Counted from the first letter of the stretch, positions 1 to 8,639 are shown. The stretch is 31,172 nucleotides of DNA from Candidatus Falkowbacteria bacterium (GCA_903857815.1 CAIOGK010000037.1:1-31172); one strand, 5' to 3'. Program-made: numbers and translations. The notes: generated from the letters alone by a model not told the origin.

Positions 1-7
1 AATAAAT

Positions 8-283
8 ATGTTTAGCAAATTAAAACAATTTAGAGATTTAAGAAGCCAAGCTAAAACTATGCAGGACGCTTTAGCTCAAGAAACAATTACCGAAGAGCGA
101 AATGGAGTAAAAATAGTTTTAAACGGCAATATGGAGGCGGTTAGCGTTAGTCTCAATGAAGGACTAAACAAACCCGCCCAAGAAGAAGCGGTAAAAAACT
201 GTTTTAATGAAGCTGTAAAGAAAGCTCAAAGATTGATGGCTAAAAAATTACAAGACATGGGAGGAATCCCAGGCTTAAACTAA
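8..283 (+). CDS. ybaB: YbaB/EbfC family nucleoid-associated protein
   Basis: 91 aa with QAKxMQxxL...VKIVLNGN pattern; stop codon directly abuts recR ATG (TAAATG), the usual ybaB-recR pairing. Confidence 0.85.
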   Translation: MFSKLKQFRDLRSQAKTMQDALAQETITEERNGVKIVLNGNMEAVSVSLNEGLNKPAQEEAVKNCFNEAVKKAQRLMAKKLQDMGGIPGLN

Positions 284-880
284 ATGCGATACCCGCAAGC
301 TATTCAAAATCTAATAGATAAACTTTCTTTTTTACCAAGCGTCGGACCGAAAACAGCTGAACGCTATGCTTTCTATCTATTAAACCAAAGCGAGGAAAGA
401 TTAGAAAGCTTGGCTCAAGCAATTACTGAACTAAAACAAAAAACTATTATCTGTAAAAAATGTTTTTCTATTTCTAATTCTAACCCCTGCCCTATTTGCA
501 GTGATGAGGCCCGTAATTTAGAGTCCCTATGTATCGTGGAAAATATTCAAGACTTGGCGGCTATCGAATCAACCAAACAATATAACGGTCGTTATTTTGT
601 TCTCGGTGGTCTAGTTAATACTATTAATGATATCGGCCCAGAAGATTTAAATACTGATAAACTAGTAAATTTAATAAAAACAGAAAATATAAAAGAAATT
701 ATTTTGGCCCTAAATTTTACCCTAGAAGGCGAAACCACTTCTTTGTATTTAAGTAAAATATTAAAAAACCATGTTAAGATTACCCGATTAGCCAAAGGAT
801 TACCGGCTGGCTCAGATTTAGAATATGCGGATGAGACAACCCTAGCTAGCGCTTTAAAATATCGAAATGAAATAAAATAA
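284..880 (+). CDS. recR: Recombination protein RecR
   Basis: LPSVGPKTAER HhH, CxxC-x9-CxxC zinc finger (CKKC...CPIC), TOPRIM EIILALNFTLEGETT, GLPAGSDLEYAD. Confidence 0.97.
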   Translation: MRYPQAIQNLIDKLSFLPSVGPKTAERYAFYLLNQSEERLESLAQAITELKQKTIICKKCFSISNSNPCPICSDEARNLESLCIVENIQDLAAIESTKQYNGRYFVLGGLVNTINDIGPEDLNTDKLVNLIKTENIKEIILALNFTLEGETTSLYLSKILKNHVKITRLAKGLPAGSDLEYADETTLASALKYRNEIK

Positions 881-900
881 AATAGTACAAACTAAAAGAA

Positions 901-905
901 GGAGG
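901..905 (+). promoter_or_regulatory. Shine-Dalgarno GGAGG
   Basis: GGAGG 8 nt upstream of ATG 914. Confidence 0.65.
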
Positions 906-913
906 AAAAAAAG

Positions 914-1189
914 ATGATGACCCTGACGATTACCATAATTCTAATCATCTTGGCTCTAACACTGTTCGTTTTTTATGTAATTGGATTGTTTAACGCTAAA
1001 GTTTCTAATCAAGTAGAATTAATTCTATTTGCGATTGCTAATTTACGCCCTAATACAAACAATGCCAAGCAGCTGCCAAGAAAATTGGCTAAACTAGTAA
1101 AAATTTTGGTTTACAAAAGAAAACTGTTTATAAATAAACTCCGAACCAGAAGAATGCTAAAAAAAGCCAAACAAAAAAACCGTCTCTGA
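914..1189 (+). CDS. Small hypothetical membrane protein (N-terminal TM helix, Lys/Arg-rich C-terminus)
   Basis: Strong SD, ATG start, hydrophobic residues 3-26, fills the gap between recR and a terminator; no family recognised. Confidence 0.65.
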   Translation: MMTLTITIILIILALTLFVFYVIGLFNAKVSNQVELILFAIANLRPNTNNAKQLPRKLAKLVKILVYKRKLFINKLRTRRMLKKAKQKNRL

Positions 1190-1205
1190 AAATAGGCGGT
1201 TTTTT
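1173..1205. terminator. Bidirectional intrinsic terminator
   Basis: A7-CCGTCT/loop/AGGCGG-T6 hairpin between convergent ORF914 and rplU. Confidence 0.8.
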
Positions 1206-1227
1206 ATTTAAAAATGTATTTACGGTA

Positions 1228-1536
1228 TTAAGAAATTTTTACAATCTTTAAGGCAGTAAATCTTTGACGATGACCAACAGTTTTTTTGTAACGAGTTTTA
1301 TTTTTATATTTTACTACGGTTACCTTATCACCTTTACCACTTTCGATAACTTCAGCTTCAACTTTCTCACCTAATGACGGTTGACCAATTTCAACCTTGT
1401 CGCCATCAGCAATTAAAAGAGTATCTAAAGTAATTTTAGTTCCATTCTCAGCTAACAATTTTTCAACTTTTAAAGTTTCTCCTTCAGCAACTTTATATTG
1501 TTTGCCGCCGGTTTTAATAACAGCTATTTTTGACAT
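1228..1536 (-). CDS. rplU: 50S ribosomal protein bL21
   Basis: AVIKTGGKQYKV start and KYKNKTRYKKTVGHRQRFT C-terminal signature. Confidence 0.98.
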   Translation of the reverse strand: MSKIAVIKTGGKQYKVAEGETLKVEKLLAENGTKITLDTLLIADGDKVEIGQPSLGEKVEAEVIESGKGDKVTVVKYKNKTRYKKTVGHRQRFTALKIVKIS

Positions 1537-1540
1537 ATGT

Positions 1541-1619
1541 CTTGTAAACGCGCTAACCTAAGTCTAAGTTTTAAATCAGCGTTTTTTATAATAAAAAATC
1601 AGAGTTAATTCTGAACAAG
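1541..1619 (-). ncRNA. Candidate structured 5' leader of rplU
   Basis: Closing helix CUUGU/ACAAG enclosing UCAGA/UCUGA, U6/A6 and AAACGC...GCGUUU stems; begins at the predicted start site; folded by eye only. Confidence 0.35.
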
Positions 1620-1622
1620 TTA

Positions 1623-1651
1623 ATATTATACAAATATTTGAAAAATGTCAA
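1623..1651 (-). promoter_or_regulatory. Sigma70-type promoter for rplU
   Basis: TTGACA (1651-1646), then TAATAT after 17 nt (or TATAAT after 15 nt). Confidence 0.65.
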
Positions 1652-1666
1652 CAAATGATTTATAGT
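1638..1666 (+). promoter_or_regulatory. Sigma70-type promoter for the murA operon
   Basis: TTGAAA-N17-TATAGT. Confidence 0.55.
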
Positions 1667-1738
1667 GATTGTAATAACAGAGCTTAAGGCTCAAAAAGAA
1701 CAAACAACAATTTATTAATATTTTGTCAATATATACTT

Positions 1739-2998
1739 ATGCCAAAATTTATCATTCAGGGAGGAAAATCATTATCTGGCGAAATCGCTGTCGGCGGAGC
1801 TAAAAACAATGCTCAAATAATGCTACCCGTTTCCCTACTTTCTACCGAAACCATTAAAATTACCAACCTGCCTGATATTGATGGGGTTGATAAATCATTA
1901 GAATTGCTTCAGGATTTAGGTGCGGAAATTAAAAGAGAAAAAAATAGTGTTGAGATAAATACCGCTAAAATAACAAAAACCGAATTAGACGCTAAAATTG
2001 CCGATAAGTTCAGGACTTCCGTGATGTTTGTTGGGCCACTTTTAGCACGTTTTGGAAAAGTTAGCTTCCCTCACCCAGGCGGATGTGTTATTGGCGCCAG
2101 TGGTCGTCCGATAGATTTATTTATTGAAGGCTATGAAGCAATGGGGGCGAAAGTTGAAATTGGTGAAAAATTTTATCATATCAGTGCTGAGAAGCTTCAT
2201 AATTTCGATTATTTCTTTACAACCGTTAGTGTAACCGGAACTCAAAGTTTAATTATGACCGCTTGTCTTATTGAAGGAAAAACTATCCTAAGAAATTGCG
2301 CCATGGAACCAGAAATTGAAGCTTTAGCTAAATACTTAAATCAGCAAGGAGCAAAAATTGAAAGCGCCGGAACTCCAATTATTATTATTGAAGGGACTAA
2401 AAAATTACAAGCTGGTAATTGTGAAATTATTCCCGACCGCATGGAAGCGGGTTCTTTCGCGCTGTTAGCGGCCGCAACTAAATCAGAAATAAAAATAACT
2501 CACTGCAACCCAGAACACATTTTAAATCTCTTAAACATATTTAAAAAGATTGGTGTAAATTACGAAGTTGGTCCCGACTGGTTACTCATGAAAAAATCAG
2601 AAAATATTAAAGCTTATGGAATTAAAACCCATGAATACCCCGGATTCCCTACTGACTTACAATCTCCTTATGCTGTTTTAATGACTCAAGCTAATGGCGT
2701 TTCATTAGTCCAAGAAACTATTTATGATAGGAGACTTATTTGGACTGATATGCTTTCGCAAATGGGAGCTAATATTATTATGTGTGATCCTCATCGTGTT
2801 GTAATTAGCGGACCAACAAAATTATACGGTAAAAAAATTATTAGTCCCGATATTCGCGCTGGAATTGCCTTAGTTATTGCGGCTTTAACTGCGGAAGGAT
2901 TAACCGAAATAGATAATATCTATCAAATCGATCGCGGCTATGAAAAACTCGATGAAAGATTGAGATTAATTGGCGCTGATATCAGCCGCGTAGAATAA
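1739..2998 (+). CDS. murA: UDP-N-acetylglucosamine 1-carboxyvinyltransferase
   Basis: GAKN, PGGCVIG (active-site Cys), IPDRMEAGS, PGFPTDLQ, DIRAG, IDRGYE motifs. Confidence 0.97.
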   Translation: MPKFIIQGGKSLSGEIAVGGAKNNAQIMLPVSLLSTETIKITNLPDIDGVDKSLELLQDLGAEIKREKNSVEINTAKITKTELDAKIADKFRTSVMFVGPLLARFGKVSFPHPGGCVIGASGRPIDLFIEGYEAMGAKVEIGEKFYHISAEKLHNFDYFFTTVSVTGTQSLIMTACLIEGKTILRNCAMEPEIEALAKYLNQQGAKIESAGTPIIIIEGTKKLQAGNCEIIPDRMEAGSFALLAAATKSEIKITHCNPEHILNLLNIFKKIGVNYEVGPDWLLMKKSENIKAYGIKTHEYPGFPTDLQSPYAVLMTQANGVSLVQETIYDRRLIWTDMLSQMGANIIMCDPHRVVISGPTKLYGKKIISPDIRAGIALVIAALTAEGLTEIDNIYQIDRGYEKLDERLRLIGADISRVE

Positions 2999-3002
2999 TT
3001 TT

Positions 3003-4331
3003 ATGTCCAAAGCCGCTAGAGATTTTCTATTTTTTTCTTTTGTCGCCATATTTATTATTATGACCGTTCTTATTTCTTTATATGCTTCGGGCTATAAATT
3101 TAATTTGAGCTGGCCTTTAAAATTTAATCGCCTTTTACAAAAAACAGGCATGCTTAATATTTCAACCCTCCCCAAAGATGCGACTATTTTTTTGAATGAT
3201 AAACCTCAAAAAAAATCGATGTTTAGTATCAGCAAAAAAGACTATACTACTACCCCAGCAAAAATAAAAAATATTTTACCAGGCGAATACATATTACGTT
3301 TAGAAAGAGAAAATTATTGGCCCTTTGAAAGAAAAATAAGAATAGAATCTGGACAAACTACTTTTGCTGAAGATATTAATTTATTTTTATCTAATCTCCC
3401 CTTGTTAATATCGTTGAGCGCTCCCGGGAATTTAACTATGAATGAAAATGGTAAATATTTATATTTAGCAACTGAAGGAAAAATCGTTAATCTGAAGAAT
3501 GGAAATGAATTTACTCTTGAAACTAATAAAAATGCTCCGGGACATTGGATAAAAAATAGCAATAAACTTTTTATAGACGGAAAAATATTGGACCCGGAAA
3601 AAGATGAGGAAATAGATTTAACTATTTTAATCGGGCAAAAAAAGGCTATTTGGCATTATAGCAATTTTGATAATTTAATTTATTATTCCGACGGACTATC
3701 AATTAATAGAATTGAGTCCGATAATCGCACAATCTCAACAATTATTAAAGGCGAAGAATATTTAAACTTTGAATCAAGAAATGAGATTATGTTTGCGGTT
3801 GTAAAAAATAATAACCAAATAACTCTTAAAAGTTATTCCGCAAAGACTGGAGAAAAATCAGGACAAATCGAATTGCCACCGGTAGGTGATTATATTTTTA
3901 AATATGAAGATTCTAAGTATATCTGCTTATACGATCAAAAAAATTTGACTCTTTATTTAATCAACCCTGCTGACATGAATGACTACTCTGTAATCAGGGG
4001 GATTAAAAGCTGGTCATGGATTAATGAATCAGAAATAATCTATAACAACGACTGGGAAATAAATATTTTTAATATTGATAGCGGTCAATCAACTTTAATC
4101 ACTCGCGTTAGCGAAGTAATAAATAATATAATCTGGCATAAAAATGGGCTTTATTTTATATTTTCAACTGATAATAAAATCAATGCCGTCGATACTCAAA
4201 CCAGAATAGTAACTACTATATTTCAATCCGAAAATATTGCCTATCCCCTACTTGATGAAAAAAATAATTTTTTATACTTCTATTCTAAAATTGGAAATCA
4301 GCCCGGAGTCTATAAAATGCTTCTACAATAA
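3003..4331 (+). CDS. Membrane-anchored PEGA-domain protein with probable C-terminal beta-propeller
   Basis: N-terminal TM; LNISTLPKDATIFLND...TPAKIKNILPGEYILRLERENY PEGA pattern; repeated beta-rich W-containing units at the C-terminus. Confidence 0.75.
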   Translation: MSKAARDFLFFSFVAIFIIMTVLISLYASGYKFNLSWPLKFNRLLQKTGMLNISTLPKDATIFLNDKPQKKSMFSISKKDYTTTPAKIKNILPGEYILRLERENYWPFERKIRIESGQTTFAEDINLFLSNLPLLISLSAPGNLTMNENGKYLYLATEGKIVNLKNGNEFTLETNKNAPGHWIKNSNKLFIDGKILDPEKDEEIDLTILIGQKKAIWHYSNFDNLIYYSDGLSINRIESDNRTISTIIKGEEYLNFESRNEIMFAVVKNNNQITLKSYSAKTGEKSGQIELPPVGDYIFKYEDSKYICLYDQKNLTLYLINPADMNDYSVIRGIKSWSWINESEIIYNNDWEINIFNIDSGQSTLITRVSEVINNIIWHKNGLYFIFSTDNKINAVDTQTRIVTTIFQSENIAYPLLDEKNNFLYFYSKIGNQPGVYKMLLQ

Positions 4332-4379
4332 ACTGCAAAAATATAAATCGATTGTCGAACCTTAAAAAAAATAATAACA

Positions 4380-4712
4380 ATGAAAAAATTACTTTGGGAA
4401 ATATTAATTCCCGCTTTTTCTAACTCATTCGATGAGTTTTCAGTTGAATATCATCAAGAATGGGACCACTATGTCCAGTCACTAGCCGAAGGTTTAACCA
4501 TCTTCAAAAAAAGTAAAGGAATATGGATTGGTCCTGATAATGTTCAATTTAAAGAAGAAATGATCCCGGTGAGAATCTCGTGTTCAAAAACACAAATCGA
4601 GAGCATCGCTAATTTTACCGCAGCACATTACCAACAAAAAGCCGTGATGTTTTATTTAATTAGTACGGAAGTATATATTGTGCATTATAACAAAAAACTT
4701 AAAAGCGGATAA
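4380..4712 (+). CDS. Hypothetical protein, DUF3574/PII-like fold suspected
   Basis: 110 aa; GLTI...GxW...E...Y-Q-Q-x-AV pattern; followed immediately by a terminator. Confidence 0.6.
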   Translation: MKKLLWEILIPAFSNSFDEFSVEYHQEWDHYVQSLAEGLTIFKKSKGIWIGPDNVQFKEEMIPVRISCSKTQIESIANFTAAHYQQKAVMFYLISTEVYIVHYNKKLKSG

Positions 4713-4713
4713 C

Positions 4714-4740
4714 AAAAAGGAGGCAAAACCTCCTTTTTTT
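4714..4740. terminator. Bidirectional intrinsic terminator
   Basis: AAAAAGGAGG-CAAAA-CCTCCTTTTT perfect 10-bp stem between convergent genes. Confidence 0.85.
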
Positions 4741-4761
4741 AAAAATATTTTATTTAATTAT

Positions 4762-5637
4762 TTATTTGGTACTTAGCTCATTAATTAAAACCTGCAACCT
4801 ATCTCTTACTTCTTCATGTTTTAAGCCTAGTTTAAGAGTAGCTTTAATAAAATTAAACTTATTCCCCGTATCCAACCATTCGCCTTCAATCTTTTTGCCG
4901 TAAAGCGGTTTATTTTGTTGAAGCATTTCATCATAAGCATCGGCTAATCTAATTTCTCCCGATTTACCATTTTTCATTTTACTTAAAATCTTAATCACTT
5001 CTGGAGTAATAACATTAATTCCAACTTGAACTAAATTAGATGGCGCTTCACTCATTTTTGGTTTTTCAATAAATTGTTTAACTTCATAAACGCCGTCTCC
5101 TAAATCAACCCCGCCCATTACCCCAAACTGGCTCACTTCTTCTGGCTTAACTTCTGATAAACCAATCACTGTATCGCCATATTTTTCATAAACATCAATT
5201 ACTTGTTTAACCGGAGAAATCTCGGCATCGTACAAAGTATCACCAAACATAACTAAGACTGCCTCATCTTCTCCAATTAAATGGGCGGCACATAAAACAG
5301 CATGCCCATCCCCCAAAGGAATTGGCTGACGAACATAAGAAAACTTAGCTAAATTTTCAATCTCTTGAACTTTTTTAACTAAATCCAATTTGTTTTTTTC
5401 TACTAAAGTTTTTTCGAGTTCAAAAGAATAATCAAAATGATCTTCGATTGCTCGCTTTCCGCGACCGGTAACAAAAATAATTTCCTCTATTCCGGCGGCA
5501 ACTGCCTGTTCAACTAAATACTGAATTACCGGTTTATCAACTACCGTTAACATCTCTTTAGGCTGAGCTTTAGTCGCCGGAAGAAAACGAGTACCAAAAC
5601 CAGCGACCGGAAAAATTGCTTTTTTTATTTTTTGCAT
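4762..5637 (-). CDS. galU: UTP-glucose-1-phosphate uridylyltransferase
   Basis: KAIFPVAGFGTRFLPATKAQPKEML, VRQPIPLGDGHAV, EKP, GEIRLADA. Confidence 0.93.
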   Translation of the reverse strand: MQKIKKAIFPVAGFGTRFLPATKAQPKEMLTVVDKPVIQYLVEQAVAAGIEEIIFVTGRGKRAIEDHFDYSFELEKTLVEKNKLDLVKKVQEIENLAKFSYVRQPIPLGDGHAVLCAAHLIGEDEAVLVMFGDTLYDAEISPVKQVIDVYEKYGDTVIGLSEVKPEEVSQFGVMGGVDLGDGVYEVKQFIEKPKMSEAPSNLVQVGINVITPEVIKILSKMKNGKSGEIRLADAYDEMLQQNKPLYGKKIEGEWLDTGNKFNFIKATLKLGLKHEEVRDRLQVLINELSTK

Positions 5638-5638
5638 A

Positions 5639-6457
5639 TTATTTTATTTTGTGGGGTATTTTAAATCCCCATTTTATGAAATATTTTAACCACGAACTAA
5701 TATGAACCCAGGTAATCTTATCTTTAAAAATGGCAATATACCAAGGATGTTTGGCGCTCTCACGCGCATGATCATGAATTACCACTGCTAACGGATTATA
5801 AATAACTTTAAAGCCACGACTATTAAATGTTCGGCCTAAATCAGTATCTTCAAAATACATAAAGTAGCGTTCGTCAAAATGAGGCAAAAAAACTTTATCC
5901 GCGTTATCAATCTGAGATTTTTTAAACATCAAACAAGAGCCCATTAACCAATCAACCGCTTGAATGGATTTATGGTCAAAATTACTCATTGTAAAACTAT
6001 CTCTAATATTTTTAAAGTATTCGCCTAAAAAAGTACGTCGTAAAATTGGAATAAAAAATTTCGGAAAACGAGAACAAGAAAGCTGTAACGTTCCATCGGG
6101 ATATAATAATTTAGGGCCAACTAGCCCTACTTGAGGATTATTGGATAGATAAGTAAGTAGAATTTCAATGGCATTTTTAGTAATAACCGTATCAGGATTT
6201 AAAACTAAAATATATGTTCCCTGGGCGATGTTAATCCCGAGGTTATTTCCACCTCCCATTCCTAAATTACGTTTACTAAATATAATTTTAATATTCGGAT
6301 ACTTATTTCGTAAATCAGATAAATCATCACCGGAATTATTTTCTATTACAATAATCTCATAACCTATTTTATTAAAATCTTGTTTTACAATAGACTCTAA
6401 ACAATTTTCAAGTTTAGATTTACTCTTATAATTAACGATAATAATAGATAATTCCAT
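5639..6457 (-). CDS. Family 2 glycosyltransferase (WbbL/rhamnosyltransferase-like)
   Basis: SIIIVNY, NLGMGGGNN, LNPDT, DERYFMYFEDTDL. Confidence 0.9.
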   Translation of the reverse strand: MELSIIIVNYKSKSKLENCLESIVKQDFNKIGYEIIVIENNSGDDLSDLRNKYPNIKIIFSKRNLGMGGGNNLGINIAQGTYILVLNPDTVITKNAIEILLTYLSNNPQVGLVGPKLLYPDGTLQLSCSRFPKFFIPILRRTFLGEYFKNIRDSFTMSNFDHKSIQAVDWLMGSCLMFKKSQIDNADKVFLPHFDERYFMYFEDTDLGRTFNSRGFKVIYNPLAVVIHDHARESAKHPWYIAIFKDKITWVHISSWLKYFIKWGFKIPHKIK

Positions 6458-6458
6458 A

Positions 6459-7526
6459 TTAAATTATTTTTTTTGCCTGACGCCAATAAAAATCCAATAA
6501 GTTATTACCAACATATCTAAGGAGCGGATTATCTATTTCCGGGAAATCTACTTTTCCCTCAATCTCCCCTGCTAAATCTGTAAATTTTAACTTACTAATC
6601 TTTTTTATTTCTTGTCTCGATTTTTTTATCTCTCGCCAAGAAGTTGGTTTTAAAAAATAAGCTAAAGTTTGCAACCAAGTCTTTATCCATCCTTTAAATA
6701 ATGCAAAGAAAAATAGCCCCGTACCCATTATAATAAAAGCTGGTAATAAAAAAAGTAATAATCTTATAGGATAAAAACTAGCAACCAACAAATAGCGATT
6801 ACGCTCCATATAATAAAGCATTCGAACGCTACGAGAAAATTCATATTTATGAAAAATAACTGATTTGGGCGCTAAAATAACTTTATGTCCAGCTAATTTG
6901 GCCTTTAAACTAAATTCAATATCATCATGATACATATAATAATTCTCATTCCAACCACCAATTTCCTGAAAAATAACTGGCTTAGTAACAAAGCAACAAC
7001 CACTAGCATACCCCTTAATTTCCGGGTAACCAACAACTGTCTGGTCGTCTAAATTATACTTAGAAGTAAAACCAAAACCCAAAAAATGGAAGCGGTTGCC
7101 AAGAGTATTTATTTTAGGATGAATTTTAGCTTCTTCAGTTTTAGGATAAAGAAGTATTTTAGATTGAGCTATTCCTGCCTCAGGATTATTCTCTAAAGCA
7201 AAAACTAATTCCATTAGCCAATCAGGCGTCATTTCCGTATCCATATTAGCAGTAACCAAATACTCACAACCGTCTTTTATTGCCTCTTGAAAACCTAAAT
7301 TATTAGCCGCACAATAATTACCATCATTACGCTTTAATATCTTAGCTTCAGGATAATTCTCCGAAAGATACAAAAAACTTTGAGGAGAAGAATCATTATC
7401 GATAATATAAACCTTAATTTTATCTAAAGGATATTTTTGAATACGTAAAGAATCACGACAAGGCAATAAATATTGAACCGCGTAATCTTTATAATTAACT
7501 AAAATTATGCCTACTAATTTATTCAT
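6459..7526 (-). CDS. Family 2 glycosyltransferase with C-terminal hydrophobic segment
   Basis: IILVNY, IDNDS, NYCAANN, NMDT, YYMYHDDIEF. Confidence 0.9.
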   Translation of the reverse strand: MNKLVGIILVNYKDYAVQYLLPCRDSLRIQKYPLDKIKVYIIDNDSSPQSFLYLSENYPEAKILKRNDGNYCAANNLGFQEAIKDGCEYLVTANMDTEMTPDWLMELVFALENNPEAGIAQSKILLYPKTEEAKIHPKINTLGNRFHFLGFGFTSKYNLDDQTVVGYPEIKGYASGCCFVTKPVIFQEIGGWNENYYMYHDDIEFSLKAKLAGHKVILAPKSVIFHKYEFSRSVRMLYYMERNRYLLVASFYPIRLLLFLLPAFIIMGTGLFFFALFKGWIKTWLQTLAYFLKPTSWREIKKSRQEIKKISKLKFTDLAGEIEGKVDFPEIDNPLLRYVGNNLLDFYWRQAKKII

Positions 7527-7529
7527 AAA

Positions 7530-8366
7530 TCATCTAACAATTAAGCCTACGGCTTTCCAGGCAACTGCTAAAACTTTAGCCTCAATCGGATTCTCCCATT
7601 TTCTAAAGTAAGCTAACATTGAATCAGAAAAATATTTTTGCGTCTTATTTTTTTTAACTTGCTTAAAACTTTGTCCAACATAATCTAAACATTCAGCTAC
7701 TGGAGTATACCAAACTTCTCCACCTAATTTATGAACCTGACGACAAAAATCAACTTCTTCAAACCAGATAAAATAACGCTCATCGAGAGATGGTTTATCT
7801 AAACCGCTGAGTTTCTTATAATTTTCAAGATTAATTAAAAAAAAGGCCCCTCGAATCGAATCGACTTTACTAGCTTGGGTATAATCAAAATTATTACATA
7901 AATATTCATTGAGCAACTGAGGGAAAAGATGTGGTAATTTTAAAACTATCATCAATTGATCAAATAACTTTGGGAAGCGTCTAACTTGTTTTACAAGAGA
8001 ACCATCTTCATTAAATAATTTAATTCCTGTAACAGTTGCCTGTTTATTTTGTTTAGCCCAATCCCAAGATTTTAATAAAGTACTCTGATTAACTTGCATG
8101 TCTGGATTAAGTAATAAAATAAAATCTCCAGTTGCTAACTTTATAGCTTGATTGTTAGCTTTAGCAAAACCTAAATTATCTAAATTTCTAATTATCTGAA
8201 CGTTCGGAAAATTTTCTTGAACCATCTCAACGCTCCCATCCTCAGAATTATTATCAACCACAAAAACTTCAAATTTAAAATCGCCCTCTGAATTATAGAG
8301 AGCTTCAAGATTATGCTTTAATTTTTCTTTTACGTTCCAAGAAACGATTATAACGGATAGGTCCAT
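7530..8366 (-). CDS. Family 2 glycosyltransferase (WbbL/rhamnosyltransferase-like)
   Basis: SVIIVSWN, VVDNNSEDGS, NLGFAKANN, LLNPD, DERYFIWFEEVDF. Confidence 0.9.
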   Translation of the reverse strand: MDLSVIIVSWNVKEKLKHNLEALYNSEGDFKFEVFVVDNNSEDGSVEMVQENFPNVQIIRNLDNLGFAKANNQAIKLATGDFILLLNPDMQVNQSTLLKSWDWAKQNKQATVTGIKLFNEDGSLVKQVRRFPKLFDQLMIVLKLPHLFPQLLNEYLCNNFDYTQASKVDSIRGAFFLINLENYKKLSGLDKPSLDERYFIWFEEVDFCRQVHKLGGEVWYTPVAECLDYVGQSFKQVKKNKTQKYFSDSMLAYFRKWENPIEAKVLAVAWKAVGLIVR

Positions 8367-8372
8367 AAAATA

Positions 8373-8639
8373 TTAGCGACCAACCTTGATTACCTTAAAA
8401 CGATCAGAGGCGCCGCTGACTATTTGCAGCTGATATCTTCGCACCCCGAGTTCATCAGCTAGAAACTTTATTAGCGCAATATTTGCCTTATTATCTTCAG
8501 CTTGAGCAACTACGCCTATTTTAAGCGTACCATCGGCCATTTCGCCTTTAAGCTCATTACTGCCAGAATTAGGAAAAACCTTCACTTTCAAGAAAAGTTC
8601 TTTATTATTAGCCAAATCTTCTCTAAATTTACTCAACAT
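8373..8639 (-). CDS. DUF167 / UPF0235 (YggU-like) protein
   Basis: LKVKVFPNS, LKIGVVAQAEDNKANIALIKFLA, IVSGASDRFK; ATG 8639 preferred over the track's TTG 8744 to match the family length (88 aa). Confidence 0.85.
   Translation of the reverse strand: MLSKFREDLANNKELFLKVKVFPNSGSNELKGEMADGTLKIGVVAQAEDNKANIALIKFLADELGVRRYQLQIVSGASDRFKVIKVGR

Noticed and set aside
1700-1710. ACAAACAACAA shared with 24081-24091, both upstream of cell-wall genes (murA, uppP)
   Set aside because: Low-complexity A-rich 11-mer at different positions relative to the promoters; chance match likely
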